Assembly: GCA_035480055.1 (NCBI GenBank)
Contig: DATIIB010000009.1
Coordinates: 213,068 to 277,067, forward strand
DNA length: 64,000 nt
Origin: Candidatus Saccharimonadales bacterium
GTDB taxonomy: Bacteria > Patescibacteriota > Saccharimonadia > Saccharimonadales > DASZAF01
Direction of reading: 5' to 3'
How positions within the stretch are numbered: position 1 is the stretch's first letter; each line of letters starts with the position of its first letter. Both the position numbers and the translations under genes were made by a program. The notes under the pieces are model-generated. The model was not told the DNA's origin. It ran no database searches and saw only the letters and a program-made list of their open reading frames with translations. Below are positions 23,393 through 33,544 of the stretch, one piece after another.

Positions 23393-24907
23393 GTGGGGCA
23401 AGCGCTATACCGAACCTACCGCCCAAAGTCGCTGGCTGAAGTTGTGGGCCAAAAACATGTGACCCAAACCCTGGCCAACGCTATTAAAGAAGGGCGCATC
23501 AGTCATGCCTATCTATTAACAGGCCCGCGTGGCGTGGGTAAAACCAGCATTGCCCGGATTTTGGCGCACGAAATCAACCAGCTGCCCTATACCGACGAAA
23601 CACAGCATTTGGATATCATCGAAATCGATGCTGCCAGCAACAACGGCGTTGAAGACGTTCGTGATCTGCGCGAAAAAATTCTGCTGGCCCCAACCAGCGC
23701 GAAATATAAAGTATACATCATAGATGAGGTGCACATGCTCAGCAATGCAGCCTTCAACGCGCTACTCAAAACGCTCGAGGAACCACCAGCGCATGCAATT
23801 TTTATTCTAGCCACCACCGAGGTACACAAACTGCCGGCAACCATAATTAGCCGCACCCAGCGCTTTCAGTTTCAACCCGTCTCGCGAGATATAGTAGTAA
23901 AGCACCTCAAACACATTGCGGCCAAAGAGCACGTCACCATCGACGACGATGCGCTACACCTGATAGCCGAACATGGCGACGGCGGAATGCGCGACAGTAT
24001 CTCGCTCCTTGACCAACTCCGCAGCGTAGCGCAGGATGGCGTCACGGCTGAAACAGTGGAATCCACGCTTGGCTTGGCACCACGAGCAGTGCTCGAAAAA
24101 CTCCTGACCCACTTGCAAGCCGGCAAGGTCCAAGAGGCGATTACCGCGTACGAGCAGTTGCTCGGCAAAGGTATCGCGGCGCCAGCCTTAGCCAGCCAGC
24201 TGATTGCCATCATGCGCGTCTTGGCCATGCAGCATCCCAAACTCTACCATTTGATCGACCAGCTGATTGAAGTTCCTCGCGCCTACAATCCTCGGCTCAA
24301 AATGGAAGTGGTGCTTGCGACATTTGCGCTGGATCACGCCGACCAATCAGCGCCTCCAGCGTCATCGCACACACCGACCCATACACCACCAGCTATCAAA
24401 AAGGAGCTGCCCAAAGAATCCAAAAAAGCACCAGCGCCAGCAGCCGCAAAAGCGGTCGCATCGCCACCTGCCACGCCGCAAGCAACGGCCAAGACAGATG
24501 CCCCAGCACCAACTGCTTCCACCGAACTCGGCGAGCTCACTGATGATCTGTGGCACCACATCATGGCTGAAGCAAAAGATAATGGTCCCACGCTCTACAC
24601 CTTAATTCGCCAGGCGATGCCCTATTTTGATGTCGAGAAACAACTGCTCACCATTACCTTTAGATTCCCGCTGCACCAAAAACGTCTGGACGAACAACGT
24701 CACAAGCAAGCATTTGGCAATGTGCTGCAAAAAATCTGGGGCGGAGTACCTGAGATGCAGATTATTGTGAATAAAGATGCGGTCAAACACATCAAGCCAG
24801 CCACACCACGTGCCGCCGAAGACATCGAAGAAGCGTTGCCCGAGGAAGCCAAAGCGACCAGCAGTGTGATGGATTTAATGGGTGGCGGAGAAGTCGTCAG
24901 TGTCTGA
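23393..24907 (+). CDS. dnaX: DNA polymerase III subunit gamma/tau
   Basis: GPRGVGKTSIARILA (Walker A), IIDEVHMLS, SRTQRFQF. I prefer the GTG at 23393, preceded by GGAGGAG. The ATG at 23366 overlaps a TATAAT box (23362-23367). Confidence 0.93.
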   Translation: MGQALYRTYRPKSLAEVVGQKHVTQTLANAIKEGRISHAYLLTGPRGVGKTSIARILAHEINQLPYTDETQHLDIIEIDAASNNGVEDVRDLREKILLAPTSAKYKVYIIDEVHMLSNAAFNALLKTLEEPPAHAIFILATTEVHKLPATIISRTQRFQFQPVSRDIVVKHLKHIAAKEHVTIDDDALHLIAEHGDGGMRDSISLLDQLRSVAQDGVTAETVESTLGLAPRAVLEKLLTHLQAGKVQEAITAYEQLLGKGIAAPALASQLIAIMRVLAMQHPKLYHLIDQLIEVPRAYNPRLKMEVVLATFALDHADQSAPPASSHTPTHTPPAIKKELPKESKKAPAPAAAKAVASPPATPQATAKTDAPAPTASTELGELTDDLWHHIMAEAKDNGPTLYTLIRQAMPYFDVEKQLLTITFRFPLHQKRLDEQRHKQAFGNVLQKIWGGVPEMQIIVNKDAVKHIKPATPRAAEDIEEALPEEAKATSSVMDLMGGGEVVSV

Positions 24908-26279
24908 TCGCCCTCGTAAGAAAGAAACTTTTAAAGATCGCCCTAAGCCCAGCGGCGGCAAACTTCCACCGCAGAACATTGATGCCGAGGTGAGTTTGCT
25001 CGGCGCTGTCTTGATTGATGAAGAAGTACTAACCCGCGTCTCGGACAGTCTGCACGCCGAAGATTTTTATGACAAACGTCACGAAGCCATCTTTGCAGCC
25101 ATGCTGCGTTTATATGAACGTCACAGCCCAGTAGACCTCCTCACCTTATCCGACGAGCTGCAAAAGCACGAACAAATCGAAGTGATTGGCGGCACCTCAT
25201 ATCTCAGCGAACTCACCAACATGGTGCCGACCTCTGCCCATGCCGAAGAGTACGCGGAGATAATCTCTGGTAAGGCAACGCGGCGGCGACTCATTAAAGC
25301 TGCGGGCGATATCGTGGAGCTTGGTTTCAACGAAGAATCGCAAGTGCAAGAACTTCTCGAGCAGGCCGAAAGCCAGATCTTTAATGTCTCGGACCAGAAC
25401 CTCAAGCAAGAATTATCGTCGATCGAGCAAATCCTTAGCGAAAGCTTTGACCGTTTGGATGAATTGCACAAAGACGGTTCCAAAATTCGTGGCATCCCCA
25501 CCGGCTACGTGGACCTCGACAAAAAGCTGGCCGGCTTTCAGCGCAGTGACTTGATCATTCTGGCCGCGCGCCCGGCGATGGGTAAATCCACTCTGGCCGG
25601 TAACTTCGCGCATAACGTTGCCACTGGCGCCAAGCAGGCCGTGCTGTACTTCAGCCTCGAGATGAGTAAAGAGCAGCTGGTCGACCGTATGCTGGCCGAC
25701 GAGTCAGGTGTGGACAGCTGGAAGATTCGTACCGGCAACCTCAGTGATGATGACTTTGAACAACTGGGCAATGCCATGGGAACGCTTTCTGAAGCGCCGA
25801 TTTTTATCGACGACACTCCTGGCATTACTGTGCTGGAAATGCGCACCAAAGCTCGCCGGCAAGCCCACACGCATCCGCTAGGGCTGGTCATCGTTGACTA
25901 TTTGCAGTTGATGAGTGGCGGCAAAAGCTACGGTGACAACCGTGTGCAAGAGATTTCCGAGATTTCGCGTGGACTCAAACTGATTGCCCGAGAATTAAAC
26001 GTTCCGGTGATCGCCCTGTCACAGCTGTCGCGAAGTGTGGAGAATCGCACGCCGCCGCATCCGCAGCTTTCTGACCTCCGTGAATCCGGTTCCATTGAGC
26101 AGGACGCCGACATCGTGATGTTCCTATACCGCGAAGATTACTACAATCCCGAAACCGACCGCCAGCATATCTCAGACCTCATGATCAAGAAGCACCGTAA
26201 CGGACCTACCGGCAATGTTGAGCTCTACTTCCACCCAGAGCGTATGCGCTTTATGTCACTTGATACGCATAACGGCTAG
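24882..26279 (+). CDS. dnaB: replicative DNA helicase
   Basis: PPQNIDAEVSLLGAVLID, AARPAMGKSTLAGNFA (Walker A), VIVDYLQLM, SQLSRSVENR. GTG start overlaps the dnaX end by 26 nt. Confidence 0.95.
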   Translation: MAEKSSVSDRPRKKETFKDRPKPSGGKLPPQNIDAEVSLLGAVLIDEEVLTRVSDSLHAEDFYDKRHEAIFAAMLRLYERHSPVDLLTLSDELQKHEQIEVIGGTSYLSELTNMVPTSAHAEEYAEIISGKATRRRLIKAAGDIVELGFNEESQVQELLEQAESQIFNVSDQNLKQELSSIEQILSESFDRLDELHKDGSKIRGIPTGYVDLDKKLAGFQRSDLIILAARPAMGKSTLAGNFAHNVATGAKQAVLYFSLEMSKEQLVDRMLADESGVDSWKIRTGNLSDDDFEQLGNAMGTLSEAPIFIDDTPGITVLEMRTKARRQAHTHPLGLVIVDYLQLMSGGKSYGDNRVQEISEISRGLKLIARELNVPVIALSQLSRSVENRTPPHPQLSDLRESGSIEQDADIVMFLYREDYYNPETDRQHISDLMIKKHRNGPTGNVELYFHPERMRFMSLDTHNG

Positions 26280-26327
26280 CCTTCGCTGCGCTGCCAATCC
26301 CAAAATAGAGTATAATAAAACGTAACA

Positions 26328-27809
26328 ATGAAGCCGGGTATTTTCCAGCAACTTACTTTGTATCGCTACCGTTATATGGTTGGCTACATCCTGGTCGCGC
26401 TGTTTAGTATCTCCATGCTGACCTGGCAGTTGACAACCCTAGGGCCTGGCCTGGCAGATGCCGAAAAAGCCAGCGCGGTGCATAGCGCCATGTGGCAGAT
26501 GCACAACTGGAAAGAGGCCGGGCTGCAAGTGGTTAATCTGCCCTACGTGCTGCTGCAAAAGACAAGTATCGCAGCGCTCGGTCTTTCGGTGCTGAGCGTA
26601 CGACTGCCGAGCGTCATTATTGGGCTAGGCACTGGCGCGCTTTTCTTCTTGCTGATGCGACTGCTGCATAAATCACATGTGGCGCTGTCGGCCAGCCTGC
26701 TTTTTGCCGCAGGGGCGTGGTATATCGGGATTGCCAGATTTGGTGCGCCCTACATTATGATCCCTTTTGTGTGGACATTGGTGGCCTATAGTTTGGTGCG
26801 GCTGATTCGTTTGGACGAGCCACCGCTGGCCTGGGCGGCACTGGGCGGACTGGCGAGTGCTCTGGCTTTGTACACGCCGTACGGCATTTACGCCTTGGTT
26901 GTAGCGGGCGTGGTGGTTGCGGTGCATCCGAAGATCCGCCGAAACTTGACCGCACTCAATGGGCCACAGGTGGTGCTTGGCTTGTTTATGTTGGTTCCAC
27001 TGCTGATTCCGCTGGGATGGGGATTGTTCAAAGACTACCACCAGCTGTGGGATCTTGCCGCGCTTTCGCCGCACATCCCAAATCCCGCCGATTTTATTCG
27101 CAACATTGGCACGACCATATGGGCGCTGGGCGGTCGCGCACCATTATTGCCCGAACTTCGCTTGGGCAATCTTCCGATCATCAGCCTTGGCACGAGTGCT
27201 ATTTTGCTCGCTGGCGTCTACCGCTCGGTTCGCGACTGGCGCTCCATGCGCGCACAGTTTACGTTCATCAGCATTTTAGTGCTTCTGGTTGTCATCGGGC
27301 TTAACCCGGCCAATAAAGACGATTCTGTATTAATCTTGCCCATGTTTATGCTGGTTGCTTCGGGAGTTACCGTGTTGTTCCACGAATGGTATCGGCTGTT
27401 TCCGCGCAATCCCTATGCCCGAAGTTTTGGCTTGATTCCGATTGTTATCTTTCTTGGATTCATTTTGTCCTTTAATTACCAGAGGTATTTTGTGGCATGG
27501 GCCAATACGCCCAGCACCTACCGGGTGTACGATAACGACCTCACGCTTGCCCGCAAGCAAATGGCCGCGCATCCCAACCTGGTTTTGATCGTGCCAGACA
27601 CGCAACTTGCTTTTTACAAGGTTGCGGCACGTGCATACCCGAAGGTCACTGTCGGCGATGCGACAACGATTCAACAGCCCGACCAAACCATACTCCTGGC
27701 CAGCAGCATTGTACCTCCAGTACCGACACCCGTTCGGCCCTTGCAACCAATCGTCAACGACGACACCGATAACTCGCTGCGCTTCTGGCTGGTCACCCCA
27801 GTGCAGTAG
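26328..27809 (+). CDS. polytopic membrane protein, GT-C-like (ArnT/PMT-type glycosyltransferase candidate)
   Basis: 493 aa with more than 10 hydrophobic segments and a soluble C-terminal tail. Family assignment rests on architecture only. Confidence 0.5.
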   Translation: MKPGIFQQLTLYRYRYMVGYILVALFSISMLTWQLTTLGPGLADAEKASAVHSAMWQMHNWKEAGLQVVNLPYVLLQKTSIAALGLSVLSVRLPSVIIGLGTGALFFLLMRLLHKSHVALSASLLFAAGAWYIGIARFGAPYIMIPFVWTLVAYSLVRLIRLDEPPLAWAALGGLASALALYTPYGIYALVVAGVVVAVHPKIRRNLTALNGPQVVLGLFMLVPLLIPLGWGLFKDYHQLWDLAALSPHIPNPADFIRNIGTTIWALGGRAPLLPELRLGNLPIISLGTSAILLAGVYRSVRDWRSMRAQFTFISILVLLVVIGLNPANKDDSVLILPMFMLVASGVTVLFHEWYRLFPRNPYARSFGLIPIVIFLGFILSFNYQRYFVAWANTPSTYRVYDNDLTLARKQMAAHPNLVLIVPDTQLAFYKVAARAYPKVTVGDATTIQQPDQTILLASSIVPPVPTPVRPLQPIVNDDTDNSLRFWLVTPVQ

Positions 27810-27861
27810 GCAGCTCTCTCTGAAAAATGGTACAATATTAGGAGTAACTAAAGGACACGTT

Positions 27862-28140
27862 ATGTTTGACCAAATGAAAATGGTGGCCAAAATGAAAAAG
27901 GCCCAAAAAGAATTATCCAACGAGATTATCGAGGTCGAAGCCGGTGACGGTGCCGTGGTAGTGCGCATTAACGGCGAGCAGAAGCTCAAGAAGATTCAGA
28001 TTGATCCCGCTCGCGTTGATGTAGATGACATTGCTGAATTAGAGCGTTGGGTGGAACAAGCCGTCAAAGAGGCGATTCTGAAGAGCCAACAAGTGGCAGC
28101 CGAAAAGATGAAGCCACTCATGGGCGGACTCGGCCTCTAG
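27862..28140 (+). CDS. ybaB: nucleoid-associated protein YbaB/EbfC
   Basis: 92 aa. MKKAQKELSNEIIEVEAGDGAVVVRINGEQKLKKIQIDP is typical, and it sits directly upstream of recR. AGGAG SD is present. Confidence 0.85.
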   Translation: MFDQMKMVAKMKKAQKELSNEIIEVEAGDGAVVVRINGEQKLKKIQIDPARVDVDDIAELERWVEQAVKEAILKSQQVAAEKMKPLMGGLGL

Positions 28141-28150
28141 AAATCTTTGC

Positions 28151-28756
28151 ATGAGCCTGCTGCCTCCCGCCTTAACCAATCTGATCGAAGAGCTTGGAAA
28201 ACTTCCCGGCGTTGGTCCGCGAACCGCTGAGCGGTACGCGTACTATTTGTTGCGGGCCGATGCCGGCACAGCCAAAAAACTGGCCAGCGCCATGTACGAC
28301 CTTCACGACCAAGTAGGCTATTGCCAAAAAACGTTTGTCTTTGTGCCAAAAGGCCAAGAGCTCTCCACGCTTTACACCGACCCAAGCCGCAATAAACAAA
28401 TTGTGGCCGTGGTTCAAGAACCCTTTGATGTGATCGCCATTGAGCGTACTGGACAATTCAAAGGAACGTATCATGTGCTGGGCGGCGCTATTTCGCCAAT
28501 CGATGGCGTTGGTCCCGAACAGCTGCACATCAAAGAATTACTGCAGCGCATTGAGGAAGATGAAGTCGAGGAAGTCATTCTAGCGACCAACGCCTCAGTT
28601 GAAGGGGAGTCGACCGCGCTCTTTTTGCAAAAGCAGCTTATGGAAACAGGGGTGCGCACAACACGGTTAGCTCGTGGGCTACCGGTTGGGGTTGATCTGG
28701 AATATGCTGATCAAATTACGCTCAGCCATGCGCTGGAAGGAAGACAACTGCTATGA
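28151..28756 (+). CDS. recR: recombination protein RecR (zinc-finger cysteines mostly absent)
   Basis: LPGVGPRTAERYAYYLL (HhH), ERTGQFKGTYHVLGG, ILATNASVEGESTA (Toprim). The usual CxxC...CxxC region reads GYCQKT...STLY. Confidence 0.9.
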   Translation: MSLLPPALTNLIEELGKLPGVGPRTAERYAYYLLRADAGTAKKLASAMYDLHDQVGYCQKTFVFVPKGQELSTLYTDPSRNKQIVAVVQEPFDVIAIERTGQFKGTYHVLGGAISPIDGVGPEQLHIKELLQRIEEDEVEEVILATNASVEGESTALFLQKQLMETGVRTTRLARGLPVGVDLEYADQITLSHALEGRQLL

Positions 28757-29796
28757 ACGAACAGTGGCAACAAGCCAAAGCAGCGGTTGAGGCTGCACAT
28801 AAAATCGTTATTCTGCAAGCCGAGAATCCCGATGGCGACAGCCTGAGTAGCGCGATCGCCCTCGAGGAAGTACTTGGCGACATGGGCAAAGAGATCACCA
28901 CCTACTGCCGCATGCAAGTACCTGGTTATTTGCATTATGTCCGTGGCTGGGACCGCGTGGTGGATGAACTCCCCAGAGAATTCGACCTGGCGATCGTGGT
29001 TGATGCCAGCGTTCAGACTCTTTTTACCAAAACCCTCACACCCGAAAACGCGGCCAAAATCGACCGCGCCGAGCTGATCATCTTTGATCATCACGCCAAC
29101 TTTAATGAAGAACAGCATCTCTCTCAACGCTTCAGCCGCACGCTAACCATTAACGAACCATCATATGTCGCAACTGGCGAGCTCCTTTACGATTGGGTAA
29201 CTGCCAGCAAGCTGCCATTGCCGCTGGCTGCTGCAAATGCCATGACCACCGCCATCTTGTCTGACTCACTTGGTCTGATGAGCGAAGGTACCACCGCCCG
29301 CACCGTGCGCATTGTCAGTGAACTGATGGAGCGTGGGGTGAATCTGTCCGCCCTGGACCAAAGTCGCCGCGAGCTGATGAAAAAACCAATCGAAATTCTG
29401 GAGTACAAGGGCCGCCTCCTCCAACGGATCGAGTATTATCTGGACGATCAACTGGCCATCATCACCATTCCGTGGGACGAAATCTCGCAGTACAGCGATC
29501 GCTACAATCCATCGATGCTCGTACTGGATGAGATGCGCCTCGTGGACAATGTGCGCATTGCTATTGCCCTCAAAACCTATCCTGATGGCAAAATGACTGC
29601 CAAAATTCGCACCAATCCGAGTGGCGCAATTGCTGACAAAGTCGCCGAACACTTCAAGGCCGGCGGCCACCCTTACGCCGCAGGCTTCAAGGTCTACACC
29701 GATGATCCCGAACGCATCAAAAACGAACTGATTGGCGAAGTAAGCCACCAACTTCGCGAATTTGACGCCACTCGAACCACGACCGAGCCTTGTTGA
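28753..29796 (+). CDS. nrnA: DHH/DHHA1 phosphoesterase (NrnA-like oligoribonuclease/pAp phosphatase)
   Basis: ENPDGDSLSS, IIFDHHANF (DHH) and GGHPYAAGF (DHHA1 GGH motif). Confidence 0.7.
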   Translation: MNEQWQQAKAAVEAAHKIVILQAENPDGDSLSSAIALEEVLGDMGKEITTYCRMQVPGYLHYVRGWDRVVDELPREFDLAIVVDASVQTLFTKTLTPENAAKIDRAELIIFDHHANFNEEQHLSQRFSRTLTINEPSYVATGELLYDWVTASKLPLPLAAANAMTTAILSDSLGLMSEGTTARTVRIVSELMERGVNLSALDQSRRELMKKPIEILEYKGRLLQRIEYYLDDQLAIITIPWDEISQYSDRYNPSMLVLDEMRLVDNVRIAIALKTYPDGKMTAKIRTNPSGAIADKVAEHFKAGGHPYAAGFKVYTDDPERIKNELIGEVSHQLREFDATRTTTEPC

Positions 29797-29852
29797 CCTT
29801 TACGTGATCTTCTGACCCAAGTATTATTTCAGAGAAAGAAAGGTACCAAGCG

Positions 29853-31262
29853 ATGCAGCTGTACAATCAACGAGAACGTCAAGTTACCGAGTTTACCTCA
29901 CATCAAGCCAACGCGGCAACCATCTATTCGTGCGGACCGACCGTCTACGACCATGCCCATATTGGCAACTTGAGTTCCTATGTCTTTGCCGATATTTTGC
30001 GCCGGGCGTTGCAACTTGCCGGCTACCACACCACGCACGCCATGAACTACACCGACGTTGATGACAAAACCATCCGCCGGTCCAAGGAATCCTACCCCCA
30101 GGACGAACCCCATGCCGCACTCGCAAAACTCACCGACCATTACATCGAACTGTTCCTGAGTGACATGCAGCAAGTTGGCAATGACACCGCCGCTCTGACC
30201 TTTCTGCGAGCCACCGATACTATCGAAGAAATGAAGCAGCACGTGAGTGATTTGCATACCGCAGGGTTTGCCTATGTTGCCGACGACGGCGTCTATTTCT
30301 CAATCGATGCCTACCAAAAGAGTGGTAAAACTTACGGGCAACTTTTGGAGCTGACCATCAGCAACACCAGCGAAGCACGCATCCAAAATGACGAGTACGA
30401 CAAAGAGTCGGTTCACGATTTCGCTCTTTGGAAAACACAAAAAGATGGCGAACCCGCCTGGGAGTTCACCCTCGATGGCCAAGATCTGACCGGTCGGCCG
30501 GGCTGGCATATTGAATGTTCGGTGATGAGTCGCAAGGCTTTGGGGCAACCGTTTGATATTCATACCGGCGGGGTGGATTTAATCTTTCCGCATCACGAGA
30601 ACGAGATCGCTCAAAGCACGGCGCTAGAGGCAAATCCCATAATGGCGCAGTTTTTTACGCACAATGATCACATTCTGGTGGACGGTAAAAAGATGGCCAA
30701 ATCGGCTAAGAATTTCTATACTCTAACCGACATTGTTGACAAAGGCTATGACCCGTTGGCTTTTCGAATGATGATGTTGCAATCACATTATCGCAGCCAA
30801 ATGAACTTTACCTGGGAAAGTTTGGACGCGGCCCAAAACCGGCTGAAGAACTTGCGTGCCTTTGCCGACCTGCGTTTTCAACCGATCGTAGGGGATTCAG
30901 AGACAGCGCCGCTCGACTTCATAGAGTACCAACAACAGATGCAAAGCGCATTATTGAACGACCTGCGAACACCGCAAGTACTAGAAATCCTGAGCGGCCT
31001 TGCCGATGCTCGCAGCAACGCAATTACAACCGCTGAGCAAGCCGACTTTGAAGCAACGCTCCGCTTTGTGGACGATGCGCTTGGCCTTAAACTCTTGGAG
31101 TCTTCTGACATTACCCAAGCGCAAAAAGAGCTGCTTGCTGCCCGTCAAAAAGCTCGTCAGGAAAAGGACTGGGCTACCTCAGACCAACTGCGAGACGAGC
31201 TGGTGAAACAAAAAATTGGCATTCGCGACACCGACCACGGCGCTATCTGGTTTAGACTCTAA
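29853..31262 (+). CDS. cysS: cysteine--tRNA ligase
   Basis: YSCGPTVYDHAHIGN (HIGH), GWHIECS and KMAKSAKNF (KMSKS). Confidence 0.95.
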   Translation: MQLYNQRERQVTEFTSHQANAATIYSCGPTVYDHAHIGNLSSYVFADILRRALQLAGYHTTHAMNYTDVDDKTIRRSKESYPQDEPHAALAKLTDHYIELFLSDMQQVGNDTAALTFLRATDTIEEMKQHVSDLHTAGFAYVADDGVYFSIDAYQKSGKTYGQLLELTISNTSEARIQNDEYDKESVHDFALWKTQKDGEPAWEFTLDGQDLTGRPGWHIECSVMSRKALGQPFDIHTGGVDLIFPHHENEIAQSTALEANPIMAQFFTHNDHILVDGKKMAKSAKNFYTLTDIVDKGYDPLAFRMMMLQSHYRSQMNFTWESLDAAQNRLKNLRAFADLRFQPIVGDSETAPLDFIEYQQQMQSALLNDLRTPQVLEILSGLADARSNAITTAEQADFEATLRFVDDALGLKLLESSDITQAQKELLAARQKARQEKDWATSDQLRDELVKQKIGIRDTDHGAIWFRL

Positions 31263-32383
31263 GTCTGAATCTCTTCCAGCTCCTGCTCGGCCTCGTGCTG
31301 TTCGGCAGGTGTACTTTGCTTGCGGTGGGCCAAGAAATCGAGCAGCAGTACGCGTCCGCAGCCAGCTAGTGGAATAGCGATAAAGCCACCAATTGGACCC
31401 ATCAGATAAAATCCAAGCAAGGCCGAGCTAAAGATGACCAGCGGCGAAAGATCGAGCGCTTTTGATTGCACAACCGGTTGGATCAAGTAATTCTCAAACT
31501 GCTGATACGCCGTAAACCAGGCCAGAAAAATCAGCGACATCGGCAGGGAAGAAAGCAGCAAAAAGAGTGAAACCACAATTGCCCCGATCGTCACTCCCAC
31601 CATTGGGATCAGTTCCGCCACAAAGATAATGCCAGCTAAGGGCAGAGCAATCGTACTGGAAGTGTTAAAAATACTACTTAGGACCAGTAACACGACAAGT
31701 GAGCTGGTAGAACCAATGGCTGCAATCGCCACTTGCCCGTTGACATACCCGGTAATCACACGATACATTCGGGAAGCCAACTTTTGATGGCGCTTGCGCA
31801 TTTTTGGATCACCATAAAGTCCCCAGAGCCATTTTTGCCAGCGTGGTGCCTCGACCAACATCAAGAAGGTGAGCACCAAAACCGTCAATACGGTAGCGAT
31901 GCTGCTGGTTACTTGCCCGAACCTGCTCACTGCGGTGGCTGCAAGGTCGCCAGTGCTGTTTTTGAGATTCTGCAAATTGCGGTCGATGTCATCCTGCAAG
32001 TTGTATTTGGTAATCAGCTTTGAAATGCCTGATTTATTTTGGCGCAGATCATCCACATAACCAGGAATGGTCTCGATAAAACTGGTTGTCTCACGAAATA
32101 CCGTAGGGACAGTGCTAAAAAGCAGCACTCCAAACACAAAGACCACTGCCAAATATGACACTCCAGTAGCAAGCGCCCGACTGCGGCCCGGCAGATGGCG
32201 AGCCAAGTAGCTCACCGACGAGTTAAGCGCCAAGGCTAAGAAGAACGATAACCCCAACAATTTCAACGCATTTGCCATACGATGAATAAACAGTAGACCG
32301 AGTCCAAAAGTGATCACAATCAACAAGGTTCGCACAATGGTGCGGGTTGCGATATCAACACGAATATGTCGAGATGCGCTCAT
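31259..32383 (-). CDS. AI-2E family (PerM/UPF0118-like) transporter
   Basis: Polytopic membrane protein whose length and hydrophobic pattern are typical of the family. Start is ATG at 32383; the track start at 32455 is possible. Confidence 0.55.
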   Translation of the reverse strand: MSASRHIRVDIATRTIVRTLLIVITFGLGLLFIHRMANALKLLGLSFFLALALNSSVSYLARHLPGRSRALATGVSYLAVVFVFGVLLFSTVPTVFRETTSFIETIPGYVDDLRQNKSGISKLITKYNLQDDIDRNLQNLKNSTGDLAATAVSRFGQVTSSIATVLTVLVLTFLMLVEAPRWQKWLWGLYGDPKMRKRHQKLASRMYRVITGYVNGQVAIAAIGSTSSLVVLLVLSSIFNTSSTIALPLAGIIFVAELIPMVGVTIGAIVVSLFLLLSSLPMSLIFLAWFTAYQQFENYLIQPVVQSKALDLSPLVIFSSALLGFYLMGPIGGFIAIPLAGCGRVLLLDFLAHRKQSTPAEQHEAEQELEEIQT

Positions 32384-32449
32384 TGTAGAGAGATCGCCTT
32401 TATAGTACACGTCATGTTGCTGTATATTATATATGATAAGCAACGTATT

Positions 32450-33283
32450 ATGCATGGAAAACTTCGGCGTCTTATAGAACGCCTCTTCATACTTCTTTTA
32501 GGGCTCATCCTCCTCAATTTTATTGTGCGGCAGCTTTTCCCGTGGCTTAACCAGCGGTTACCTTTGCTGCTCGCGCTGTTTTTGGTGTATCTCATTACCG
32601 CGTACCTGTTGTTACCGGCGCTGATCCGCATTGCCCGGCTTTTTTGGCGGCCACTGCATATTCCGGCATTTACGTATACCGGTGACGGCTGGCAGGTAGA
32701 CCCAGTCAATATTGGCATTGTGGCGACTGAAGAGGAATTTGTCGCCGCCATGCAACAAGCTGGCTGGTACAAAGCTGAACCCAAAACCCTGAGGCGAATG
32801 TGGAAGATGGGACTGTGCATTCTTTTGCACCGCCCCTACCACAACGCGCCTATGGGCACTCACTATCTGTTTGGCCGAGGCCAAGACTACGGCTTTGAAA
32901 TTCCCATTACCAAAAGCCCGCACCAGCGGCATCATGTTCGGTTTTGGGCTTGCGTACCGGTTGAAAATCCTACTTTTAAAGCTCACCTTGCGTTTTGGCA
33001 AGAGCGGCACTCCAGGCAAGTCAAAGATCGCAAGTTGCTTTGGGTTGGCGCAGCAACTCGAGACATTGGGCTGGCAGTAAAAAAACGAAACCTCCAGATT
33101 GACCACAACATTGAAGCGGATGCCGGCAAAGAACGTGACTTTATTATCGCCACGCTCAAAAAATCCGGACGGTTGGGCGAAGTAAAAGTGGTTCGTTCGC
33201 ACAAGCCCTATTTTGCCCGCCACCAAACGTTCCTCACTCGGCTTATTGCCGATGGCAATATCAAAATCTGCGAATTGACCTAA
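32450..33283 (+). CDS. membrane-anchored protein with LssY-C-terminal-like domain
   Basis: Two N-terminal TM segments, then ...PYHNAPMGTHYLFGRGQDYGFE...HQRHHVRFW..., recalled as LssY-like. ATG at 32450 chosen. Confidence 0.4.
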   Translation: MHGKLRRLIERLFILLLGLILLNFIVRQLFPWLNQRLPLLLALFLVYLITAYLLLPALIRIARLFWRPLHIPAFTYTGDGWQVDPVNIGIVATEEEFVAAMQQAGWYKAEPKTLRRMWKMGLCILLHRPYHNAPMGTHYLFGRGQDYGFEIPITKSPHQRHHVRFWACVPVENPTFKAHLAFWQERHSRQVKDRKLLWVGAATRDIGLAVKKRNLQIDHNIEADAGKERDFIIATLKKSGRLGEVKVVRSHKPYFARHQTFLTRLIADGNIKICELT

Positions 33284-33379
33284 GATCAAATACCATTTCT
33301 TGATAAGAACAATTTTGTATGTAGTCAAATTGTTGTATAGTTGAAGCTGACAACAATAAACATACGACAGGACGGCTTC

Positions 33380-33544
33380 ATGTTCCTCTCCAGCAGCGAT
33401 AGTCCCTACTTAGTGTTGTGGCATTTTTACGTGCTCTTTATCGCTGTTGTGGTGGTCTGGCAAGTTTTATGTCTTTTACTGAGTCGACTGATGCAGTTAC
33501 GTCTGAATCGACTTGAAAAACGAAGTGCTAAAGGCAAGTCATAA
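33380..33544 (+). CDS. small hypothetical membrane protein (54 aa)
   Basis: One TM segment (YLVLWHFYVLFIAVVVVWQVLCLLL). Its stop overlaps the next ATG (TAATG), which suggests translational coupling. Confidence 0.4.
   Translation: MFLSSSDSPYLVLWHFYVLFIAVVVVWQVLCLLLSRLMQLRLNRLEKRSAKGKS

Noticed and set aside
24410-24430. Possible dnaX programmed -1 frameshift site (TCC AAA AAA GCA, containing AAAAAAG).
   Set aside because: The heptamer is not in the A-AAA-AAG register relative to the dnaX frame. The -1 frame stays open for more than 40 codons rather than stopping quickly as in E. coli gamma, and no downstream stem-loop was evident.
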